63,518 bases of DNA from an uncultured Verrucomicrobiota bacterium (GTDB lineage: Bacteria > Verrucomicrobiota > Verrucomicrobiia > Limisphaerales > UBA9464): contig CAINWP010000040.1 of the NCBI GenBank assembly GCA_903854475.1, forward strand, positions 1 to 63,518. Reading direction: 5' to 3'. Every line of letters starts with the position of its first letter. Within the stretch, counting starts at the first letter, position 1. This document shows, one piece after another, positions 48,127 through 56,017 of this stretch. Both the position numbers and the translations under genes were made by a program. A model generated the notes under the pieces. That model was given only the letters and a program-made list of their open reading frames with translations. It ran no database searches and was not told where the DNA came from.

Positions 48127-49218
48127 ATGGCTGACGATCCCGAGAGTAAAACAGAGCAGGCGACACCCAAGCGCCTTGAGGAATCCATCACCAAAGGCCA
48201 GTTCGCCCGAAGCGCCGAGATCAACACCCTCTTTAGCATCCTGACGACCCTCATTATCCTGAAATGGCTGGGCTCCGATCTCTGGACTGAGCTGTCATAT
48301 CAATTCCGAGGCCTCTTAGGAAACATCCGACCTGATCTTCCGTCTGCAGACTCGGTCGTAGCCGGAGCCTATTCCAGCGGACTGAGACTGGCGCTCTTCA
48401 TTTTGCCGCCGCTCGGAATGGCCATGGTATCCGGCATCATCGCCTCCGGGCTTCAGAGTCGATTCCATTTTACGCCGGGCGCCTTGAGCCTCAACTGGGG
48501 ACGATTGAATCCCTTGGATGGACTTCAGCAGCTCTTCAAGCCCGGAATGCTGGTCCGTACAGGGGTTAAGATGCTCAATCTGGCGGTGATCCTGATGGTG
48601 GCCTGGGGTCTTGTTTTGGACTTGGTGAACGAACCGGTTTTTCTGACGGACTCCAGCCTCGAAGAGCTGCTGCGCTTCATGGGCAATGCGGTAGAGAGAC
48701 TCCTGGGACGGTTGCTCTTCGGGCTGGCGATCATTGTAGCAGCCGATTACGGCTATCAGGTTTGGAAAACGTCTGAGGATCTCAAGATGTCGAAGCAAGA
48801 GGTCAAGGAGGAGTCGCGCTCCAGCGAGGGTGATCCGGAGTCCAAGGCCCGCATGAAGAAGGAGCAGCGGAAAATGCGGGCGAGTTGGCGCAAGACAGTT
48901 CCAACGGCGGATGTTGTTGTTACCAACCCGACGCATATCTCAGTCGCACTCAAGTTCGACTCTGCCGTAGACAAAGCACCCCGCGTGGTCGCCAAAGGAC
49001 AGGGTTTCAATGCCCTCCGGATTCGTGAGATCGCCAAAGAATTCCAAGTGCCACTGGTAGAGAACAAGCCGGTCGCCCGGCTGCTGTTCCAGATTTGCGA
49101 GGAGGGAGACGCCATAGATCCGAGGGTCTATCAGGCGGTTGCCGAGATCCTCGCATTCGTCTATCGGACCAACCGTTACCGCTACTACCTCGGCAAGAAT
49201 ACCCCACCGAATGGCTAA
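48127..49218 (+). CDS. flhB: Flagellar export switch FlhB
   Basis: 'KTEQATPKR', 'EGDPE' and autocleavage motif 'NPTH'. Confidence 0.96.
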   Translation: MADDPESKTEQATPKRLEESITKGQFARSAEINTLFSILTTLIILKWLGSDLWTELSYQFRGLLGNIRPDLPSADSVVAGAYSSGLRLALFILPPLGMAMVSGIIASGLQSRFHFTPGALSLNWGRLNPLDGLQQLFKPGMLVRTGVKMLNLAVILMVAWGLVLDLVNEPVFLTDSSLEELLRFMGNAVERLLGRLLFGLAIIVAADYGYQVWKTSEDLKMSKQEVKEESRSSEGDPESKARMKKEQRKMRASWRKTVPTADVVVTNPTHISVALKFDSAVDKAPRVVAKGQGFNALRIREIAKEFQVPLVENKPVARLLFQICEEGDAIDPRVYQAVAEILAFVYRTNRYRYYLGKNTPPNG

Positions 49219-51292
49219 TCCCCTCTCACCCCCGGGTCTGTCGATCCGGATGCCGAAGTCCCAATTGGCGGTGGCGTTCTTCGTCTTGGGTTCGTTGCTG
49301 CTGCTCATCCAGCCCATCCCGTCATTCCTGCTCGATGTCCTCATCGTGCTGAGTCTCGGGAGCTCAATCCTCACGTTGATGGTGGTGCTCTTCCTCCGCG
49401 ACCCGGCGGAATTCTCAACGTTTCCCACGCTCCTGCTCATCACCACGTTGTTCCGTCTCGGCCTGAACGTGGCCTCGACTCGGCTCATTTTGAGCACGGG
49501 TGAGGCAGGCCAAATCATCTCGGCCTTCGGCGAACAGGTGGTCGGAGGTAATTATGTCATCGGCGTCATCATCTTCGCGCTGCTGACGGTCATTAATTTC
49601 GTGGTCATCACCAAGGGCGCAGGGCGCATTGCAGAGGTCGCGGCCCGCTTCACACTGGATGCTCTACCCGGCAAACAGATGGCCATCGACCAGGAACTCA
49701 ATTCCGGAGCCATTTCGGAGGTAGCTGCTCGGAACCGGCGACAAATGCTGCAACGCGAGATCGATTTCTATGGAGCCATGGACGGCTCATCGAAGTTCGT
49801 TCGTGGTGACGCCATCGCAGCGATCCTCATCGCGGTCATTAACATCGTGGGTGGGTTTTTAATCGGTGTTTTCCAGCGAAACGAGTCGGCCTTGGAGGTG
49901 TTGAGCCGGTACACAATCCTGTCCATCGGTGACGGTCTTGTCTCTCAGGTGCCGTCCTTGATTTTTTCGACTGCGGCGGCACTTCTCGTGACCCGAGCGG
50001 CGGCCCGGGAAGAACTCGGGACTGCGCTGGGTCAGCAGTTGGTGTTACAACAACGCCCCATCCTTCTCACTGCTGTTGCGATGGGCTTCATGGCCTTGAT
50101 GCCCGGGTTTCCCACGATTCTCTTGTTGTGCACCTCAGCCCTCCTCTTTGCCTTGTGGCGGACATTGCCCGAGCGACCTGCCGTCCCTGTTGGTTCGGAA
50201 TCTGGACCCAATGAAGCGGCGGTCAAAGATGCTCCCAAGGCCGGTCAGGAACCCATTCAGCAACTCCTCTCCGTGGATCCGCTGGAAGTTCAATTGGGAT
50301 TTGGATTGGTCACCTTGGCCGATGTCAGCAAGGGCGGAGATCTTCTGGAAAGGGTCACCGGAGTTCGAAAGAATTTCGCCCAGAGCATGGGCTTCGTAGT
50401 CCCTTCAGTTCGCCTGTGGGACAATCTCCAATTGGACTCGCAGGAGTACCAGATTCTCTTCCGCGGAAACATGGTGGGACGCGGGACATTGCGCCCAGGC
50501 CGCTGGCTCGCGATGAATATTAGTCATAGCGACCAGGTTATCGCCGGCGAGGCTACCACTGAGCCGGTCTTCAATTTGCCTGCCGTCTGGATCGATGAAC
50601 TCCATCGTAGCAGCGCGGAGTTGGCCGGGTACACCGTGGTGGATACGACCTCGGTACTCGTCACACATTTTCAAGAGTGCATCCGCCGGCACGCCCACCA
50701 ATTGCTCAGTCGACAAGATGTCGATGGACTTCTCGACAATCTGAAGAAGACCCAACCTGCCTTGGTCAATGAACTGGTGCCGGCACAACTCAATTTGGGT
50801 CAGATCCAGCGCATCCTCCAGAACTTGCTTATCGAAGGCATTTCGATTCGCAACCTAGTGAGTATTCTGGAGCGGGTGGCCGACAGCTCAACGATGACTA
50901 AGAACATCGACGAATTGTCCGAACAAGCCCGTCGATCCATCGGTCCAGAGTTGGTCAAAGGCTACCTGGATGACCGGGGTAATCTCTCGGCCATCACTTT
51001 GGAAAGTTGGCTCGAAGAAGAGTTGGCCAAAGGACTCCATCCGGGAATGACCGAGAATACGTTGGCTTTAACCCCCATGGCGGCGCAGCACCTCAGTTTC
51101 CATATCGGGAAGGCGATCCAACCCGCTGTGGCCGAAGGGCGCATTCCCCTATTGCTGTGTTCCGGAGTCATCCGCCTTGGGCTCCGCAAGTTCTTCGGAC
51201 CCACCTATCCTGACCTGCGCTTTCTGGCCTACGAAGAATTGCCTCCACGGCTCCGAGTGAACACCGAGTACTCGATCCCCAGTCTGCCTTGA
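49211..51292 (+). CDS. flhA: Flagellar export protein FlhA
   Basis: 'FPTLLL...RLGLNVASTR', 'RIAEVAARFTLDALPGKQMAID' and 'FYGAMDGSSKFVRGD'. Confidence 0.96.
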   Translation: MANPLSPPGLSIRMPKSQLAVAFFVLGSLLLLIQPIPSFLLDVLIVLSLGSSILTLMVVLFLRDPAEFSTFPTLLLITTLFRLGLNVASTRLILSTGEAGQIISAFGEQVVGGNYVIGVIIFALLTVINFVVITKGAGRIAEVAARFTLDALPGKQMAIDQELNSGAISEVAARNRRQMLQREIDFYGAMDGSSKFVRGDAIAAILIAVINIVGGFLIGVFQRNESALEVLSRYTILSIGDGLVSQVPSLIFSTAAALLVTRAAAREELGTALGQQLVLQQRPILLTAVAMGFMALMPGFPTILLLCTSALLFALWRTLPERPAVPVGSESGPNEAAVKDAPKAGQEPIQQLLSVDPLEVQLGFGLVTLADVSKGGDLLERVTGVRKNFAQSMGFVVPSVRLWDNLQLDSQEYQILFRGNMVGRGTLRPGRWLAMNISHSDQVIAGEATTEPVFNLPAVWIDELHRSSAELAGYTVVDTTSVLVTHFQECIRRHAHQLLSRQDVDGLLDNLKKTQPALVNELVPAQLNLGQIQRILQNLLIEGISIRNLVSILERVADSSTMTKNIDELSEQARRSIGPELVKGYLDDRGNLSAITLESWLEEELAKGLHPGMTENTLALTPMAAQHLSFHIGKAIQPAVAEGRIPLLLCSGVIRLGLRKFFGPTYPDLRFLAYEELPPRLRVNTEYSIPSLP

Positions 51293-51301
51293 TTCATCGA
51301 C

Positions 51302-52309
51302 ATGAATCTCCATTCCTCTGATCGATCTGCGATTCCCCAGACAGGCCTGATGCTCTTCAAGGGCCACACGGCCGAAGAAGCCTTGGCCAAGGTGCATCAG
51401 AGTCTTGGATCCTCGGCCATCGTGGTGCAACTCAAGCGTGTCCCATCGGCCGGCGTCGGCAGGATTTGGGGAGCCATGGAGATTGAGGCGTGGGCTCAGG
51501 CCCCTGCCCCACTGACTCCAATCCCAGCGGCAGCGGATGCACCGGTTGCCAGGGTCCGTTCCGCGCCGAAAGAAGCCCGGACGATGGAGCTGCTCAGGAG
51601 TCTAGGTCTCAATGAGGAATCGGCCCGGAGGGTACACCAATCCATTCCTGTCTCGGGTGCGGCATTGACCAACCAAGAGGCCTGTCTTCAGCTCGGTGCT
51701 GCGCTGCTCGCTGCGTGGGACAAAGGCACCACGAGGATTCCAAAAACACCCCATCGGATTGCCCTGATCGGGGCGGCGGGCTCGGGCAAAAGCATTGCCA
51801 CAGCTAAGTGGATTACCATCGAATCCCTTCGCCATCGCCAGGATTGCCGGATCTGGTGCCTTGATGGAATCGTCGCCAATTCGGCGGAATTTTTATCACA
51901 GCACGCCGAACTGCTGGGGATTCCCGTGGAAACCACCTGGAACCCTGGGCTACCGCCGTGTTCTCGAGAATTTTTGGACCTACCCGGTTGGAATCCCACT
52001 GATCCCGATGTCTCCGATCGAATGGCCAACCTGCTTGACCGTTTTGAACCCGACTGCCTGCTACTGACACTCAATGCAGCGTATGAGGCGTCCATCCTTC
52101 AGAATCAGGTGGTGCAGTTCATGCCCTTCCGGCCGCATGGGTTGTTCCTCACGCATTTAGACGAGTGTCAGTCGCCATCCAAAGTCTGGGATCTGGTCCT
52201 CGCGAGCGGTATCGCTGTCTTTGGGACATCAAGCGGTCGATTCATCCCGGGCGGTTTCGACCGAACAGGAGGCGAGGCTTGGATGGAACGATTGTTTGAG
52301 CAGGTTTGA
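51302..52309 (+). CDS. flhF: FlhF-like SRP-family GTPase, divergent
   Basis: N-terminal 'AEEALAKVHQSLGSSAIVV', P-loop 'GAAGSGKS', 'DLPG' and 'THLDE'; follows flhA. Confidence 0.75.
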   Translation: MNLHSSDRSAIPQTGLMLFKGHTAEEALAKVHQSLGSSAIVVQLKRVPSAGVGRIWGAMEIEAWAQAPAPLTPIPAAADAPVARVRSAPKEARTMELLRSLGLNEESARRVHQSIPVSGAALTNQEACLQLGAALLAAWDKGTTRIPKTPHRIALIGAAGSGKSIATAKWITIESLRHRQDCRIWCLDGIVANSAEFLSQHAELLGIPVETTWNPGLPPCSREFLDLPGWNPTDPDVSDRMANLLDRFEPDCLLLTLNAAYEASILQNQVVQFMPFRPHGLFLTHLDECQSPSKVWDLVLASGIAVFGTSSGRFIPGGFDRTGGEAWMERLFEQV

Positions 52310-52320
52310 ACGGACCTCCT

Positions 52321-52352
52321 CTTGCCAGCGGGATTCCCCGCTCTCAAGCAAG
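52321..52352. terminator. Hairpin between convergent flhF and HDOD genes
   Basis: AGCGGG-ATTC-CCCGCT stem flanked by CTTGC/GCAAG; no clear U-tract. Confidence 0.3.
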
Positions 52353-52362
52353 TCGAAGACTC

Positions 52363-53631
52363 TCAGAAGAGCTTCGCGAGTTCCGCGGCCTTGCTAATGG
52401 AGTTGTTGCAAACGTCATCCAAAGCCTCCCGGGGCACCTGATATCGCTGTCCCACCTTATTGGCAAAGATCTCGTTCCATTCCTCGCCATGAGACGGGTG
52501 AAGAGAACTCACATAGTGGGCCGCATCAGGCCGTGTCTGGGCCACAGCATCGTTGTGATCTTTCATGCAAAGCATCACATCTTCCGGCAATTCCCAGTTC
52601 AATGCGATCAAGGCCCCGACTTCGGCATGATCCCATCCTAGGGTCTCATGCTCCAGCGTGTGGAGGTCCCGCTTTTCTTCGATCGCGGTCGAAAAAATCT
52701 TCATGTAGTCGTCCTTCTTACTGCTGACGATGAGCGGCACACTGAGGTCCTGAAGAAATCCTGCGGTGAAGGACAGATTGGCTTTGGACGGTTGGACGAT
52801 GTCGGCGAGTTCTCGAGCCAGCACCGCACGGCGTGAACTCGCTCGCCAAAAGTCGCCGAGCGCGAACTTGGCATGGGTCTGACTGGGCATCGCCGCCTTC
52901 GAACCGACAATCATGACGATGCGCTCTAAGTCCGCATTTCCCATGAGCATGATGGCGTGATCCAGGGACTGAACCTTGCTCTTCGGAGAGTAAGCGGTGG
53001 AGTTCACCGTGTTCATCACCTTGCCGACCAACTGGGCATCGATCGACATGACCTCCATGATTTTTCCGGGAGTCGTGTCGGGATCTCGGAGCCGGCGCAA
53101 GGTTTCGAAGACGGCCTTCCGGAATCGAGGAACCTCAACATCCCCGAGGAGTTGTCGGAGGCGATTCTGGATGTCGCTCTGTGACCATCCCGCATACGGA
53201 TTGATGATCGCCGGCGCAGTCGGAACGATGAGGCCGGACGCCGTGGTGACGGATCCTGGAACCGCCTTACCGCGGATCAAGGACGGTCGTGGCCGCTCGA
53301 TGACTTGAATGATCGGCCGGCGCGGCGCGACGACGGACCCTTTGCCCCGGCGTCCGCCCTTTCCGGCCGGCACCTTGGGCTTCGCAGCCGGTTTGGGCTG
53401 CGGTGGTGGAACGACCGGCTTTGCCCCTCCGTGCCCATGGGTTGCTTTCCAGATCGACAACGTCGGGTTGGACTCCGCGTTCTGGGCGGCCGCCTTTCGG
53501 CTTATTCCTCCTAAGGCGCTTTGAAGCCACGACCCCAGCGAACGAGCCAACCGAACGGTGCTTCCGGGTTTCTGATCCTGAGAAACCGACGAGGGTGCTG
53601 GTTTGTTGGAAGATCCTTCGCCCGGTTTCAT
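52363..53631 (-). CDS. HDOD-domain protein with disordered Pro/Lys/Arg-rich N-terminus
   Basis: 'DAQLVGKVMNTVNS', 'SLDHAIMLMG', 'FWRAS', 'GFLQDL' and 'LGWDHAEVGALIALNWELP'. Confidence 0.88.
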   Translation of the reverse strand: MKPGEGSSNKPAPSSVSQDQKPGSTVRLARSLGSWLQSALGGISRKAAAQNAESNPTLSIWKATHGHGGAKPVVPPPQPKPAAKPKVPAGKGGRRGKGSVVAPRRPIIQVIERPRPSLIRGKAVPGSVTTASGLIVPTAPAIINPYAGWSQSDIQNRLRQLLGDVEVPRFRKAVFETLRRLRDPDTTPGKIMEVMSIDAQLVGKVMNTVNSTAYSPKSKVQSLDHAIMLMGNADLERIVMIVGSKAAMPSQTHAKFALGDFWRASSRRAVLARELADIVQPSKANLSFTAGFLQDLSVPLIVSSKKDDYMKIFSTAIEEKRDLHTLEHETLGWDHAEVGALIALNWELPEDVMLCMKDHNDAVAQTRPDAAHYVSSLHPSHGEEWNEIFANKVGQRYQVPREALDDVCNNSISKAAELAKLF

Positions 53632-53639
53632 AAGATTTT

Positions 53640-55112
53640 CTATTCGCCGCGGCGGCCCAACTGGTTGCTGAAGATGGTGAGTAATCCACCCAGCCCTACA
53701 TAGCCCACCAGGGTCAGCAGGTTTACGACAAATTGGGCAGGCACGGTCTTAGGGAGGATATCTCCGAATCCGAGGGTCAGTGCCACGACGAAGGAAAAAT
53801 AAATAGTCTCATACCCACTGCGTTGGAAGTCCGACGGGACAAACAGTGCCGGAGTCACTACTCCGAGCGGGGTGGAACTTTGCCAACTCGATTCCTTGCC
53901 CTCGGCCGCCGCCAAATTAGAGGCCGCTAAAAGATTCCCCCCGTCCTGATCCTTCAGTTCCAGGGACGATTGAGTCGACCACAACGCCAACGTGTCGTCT
54001 TTGGGTAGATAGGCCGCGGTGATCGCCTGGTGGGTGGACTCATGAATCTTCTCACAAAGATGATTCAGAGAGTCTTTTTCAGGATCATAGTGAACCACTG
54101 TTCCATTGATGCTCAGCGCCCCCCCTTTGACGGGGGTTGCGAAGCCAGCAGATTTCATCGGAAGATCCGGATCCACCTTAGTGAGACTGTCCGGAAGCAG
54201 TGCGAAAACGACGGCAAAGGCACCGATCAACAGAAAATTGAGCACCACCCATCGGAACAGACTTCGTCCGCAATCGGAGGTGAGCCACCACAGCCAATAA
54301 ACCACCCGAGCCATCTTGCCCTGGTTGCGAAATTCCTCGAGGTAGTTCTCATCCACGATGTGGCGGCGCACTAAATACGCTCCAGTGAAGTCGATGTCCC
54401 GAATGTCCGAACCAATCCAATTGGAGGTCGTGTAGTTCTTCAACCCACGCAATTGGATTGCGTGCAAGTCCGCCTTGCCAAAGTCGGCCTGGCTGACATC
54501 GCATTCACGTAAGTCGCTTCCGGTCAGGTTTGCCTGGTTGAACTCAGTCTCAATTAATCGGCATTCCAAAAGGCGCGCATCTTGAATAGAGGCCAGATGG
54601 ACTCGTGCCTTAGCCCAAGTCGATTTTATAGCGCTGGCACCATCCAAGTTGGCACGGATCAAATTGGCGCCGTCGAAGATTGCTTCGCCAAAACCAGCCC
54701 CCTGCGCTGATGCTTCACTCAAATTGGCACCCCGGAAGGAGGATGCCATAAACTCTCCTCCATCGAGGCATGCCTGGAACAGCGTCGCCTCATCAAACTT
54801 GGCATGAGTCGCTACGACCCCCTTGAAGTTACAGCGACTCAGCTCACTGCCGGTAAAATCGCAACCGGACAGGTCCAGGCCGCTGAAATCTCGCCCCAGA
54901 AAATTCATCCCCGAGAGGCGTTGCAACTCGATCGGAAGAGCCTCTCCGCCCGTCTGCGCCTGACGGTAGCGGATTAGGATTTCATCTTCCCGACTCAACG
55001 TCTCGACGGCCACCGGGGTTTCCGTCTCCAGAGAATCCGGGGTGACAGCAGCCTCCGTCTCAAGAGAGATCGGGTTCTTTAATGGATCGTTTTCGGTCAA
55101 CTCGGTGGACAT
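53640..55112 (-). CDS. Pentapeptide-repeat protein fused to a 2-TM K+-channel-like pore domain with a FliD-like insertion
   Basis: A(N/D)Lxx-type repeats at aa ~65-245; TM1 at aa ~285-306; pore helix and filter 'YFSFVVALTLGFGDILP'; TM2 at aa ~460-482. Confidence 0.88.
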   Translation of the reverse strand: MSTELTENDPLKNPISLETEAAVTPDSLETETPVAVETLSREDEILIRYRQAQTGGEALPIELQRLSGMNFLGRDFSGLDLSGCDFTGSELSRCNFKGVVATHAKFDEATLFQACLDGGEFMASSFRGANLSEASAQGAGFGEAIFDGANLIRANLDGASAIKSTWAKARVHLASIQDARLLECRLIETEFNQANLTGSDLRECDVSQADFGKADLHAIQLRGLKNYTTSNWIGSDIRDIDFTGAYLVRRHIVDENYLEEFRNQGKMARVVYWLWWLTSDCGRSLFRWVVLNFLLIGAFAVVFALLPDSLTKVDPDLPMKSAGFATPVKGGALSINGTVVHYDPEKDSLNHLCEKIHESTHQAITAAYLPKDDTLALWSTQSSLELKDQDGGNLLAASNLAAAEGKESSWQSSTPLGVVTPALFVPSDFQRSGYETIYFSFVVALTLGFGDILPKTVPAQFVVNLLTLVGYVGLGGLLTIFSNQLGRRGE

Positions 55113-55158
55113 GAGATTGGTCTGGAGGAAACAGATCGGTAACAGTCCCCGGAGTAGG

Positions 55159-55186
55159 CATGCGGCAGAATCCCCACCTCCTTAAG
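55159..55186 (-). promoter_or_regulatory. Sigma-28 (FliA)-type promoter of the channel-HDOD operon
   Basis: Minus strand cTTAAG-GAGGTGGGGATT-CTGCCGCATG; boxes and spacing identical to 23801-23826. Confidence 0.7.
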
Positions 55187-55381
55187 TGTGGATTGCGATT
55201 TGATCGCCCTGCGGATGTCTGTAACTTCCTCCAGCGACCGGTCAGGCGCGGCGGTCTTCGTGTCGCAATGCCAAATCGAAGCGGTTGAAATCCGTCAGCG
55301 TTCCAATCCGTATCACTACCGACTTTTGTTCGTCCTTGTCGGATTTTGATGTCGAATTTTGAATCACCGATAGAGCTTCTA

Positions 55382-56011
55382 ATGACTACTGTTCTTCTTG
55401 CGGACGACCATGCGATTGTACGCCGAGGCTTCAGCATGATCCTCGCAGCTCAGCCTGATTTTCATATCGTCGCCGAGGTTTCTAACGGTCGCGAGGCGGT
55501 CGCGCAGGGAGAACAACTCCAACCGGCACTGTGCGTCATGGACGTGAGCATGCCCGACCTGAATGGCATCGAGGCAACACGGCGTCTGCTCAAGGTTTCC
55601 CCACGGACCCGAGTCATCGCCGTATCCATGCACAAAGACTCTGTTTATGTGCGGGAAATCCTTCGAGCAGGCGCTAAAGGATATGTGCTGAAAGACAGCA
55701 ATGAGTCGGAGTTTTTGAAGGCAGTCCGGGCTGTTTCGGCCGGCAAAGGCTACCTCAGCCCGGAGATCGCTGATGCAGTGCTCGACGATTACCGGAAGCA
55801 TGTTACCAATCCGATCGATCACCTGACGACTCGGGAGCGCGAGGTTCTTCAAATGATTGCCGAGAGCAAGACCAACAAGGAAATCGCGATGTCCTTGAAA
55901 CTCAGTGTCTATACGGTCGAATCCCATCGTGGACGCATCATGGAGAAGCTCAATATGCACAGCATCAGCGAGCTCGTCCGCTTCGCTTTCCGCAACGGTC
56001 TGATCGACTGA
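55382..56011 (+). CDS. NarL/LuxR-family response regulator
   Basis: 'VLLADDHAIVRRG', 'MDVSMP' and LuxR HTH 'LTTREREVLQMIAE...TVESHR'. Confidence 0.95.
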   Translation: MTTVLLADDHAIVRRGFSMILAAQPDFHIVAEVSNGREAVAQGEQLQPALCVMDVSMPDLNGIEATRRLLKVSPRTRVIAVSMHKDSVYVREILRAGAKGYVLKDSNESEFLKAVRAVSAGKGYLSPEIADAVLDDYRKHVTNPIDHLTTREREVLQMIAESKTNKEIAMSLKLSVYTVESHRGRIMEKLNMHSISELVRFAFRNGLID

Positions 56012-56017
56012 TCTGCC

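Noticed and set aside
33709-51292. Non-flagellar type III injectisome
   Set aside because: Rod, hook, cap, stator, FliG/FliM and FliA genes are present and there is no secretin.
22636-55112. Flagellar region as a horizontally acquired lower-GC island
   Set aside because: It looks slightly more AT-rich by eye, but I cannot compute GC or codon statistics, and no integrase, tRNA or att repeats flank it.
55190-55380. Possible ncRNA or c-di-GMP riboswitch in the channel/response-regulator intergenic region
   Set aside because: No recognisable conserved motif or strong structure by eye; an Rfam/Infernal scan would be needed.
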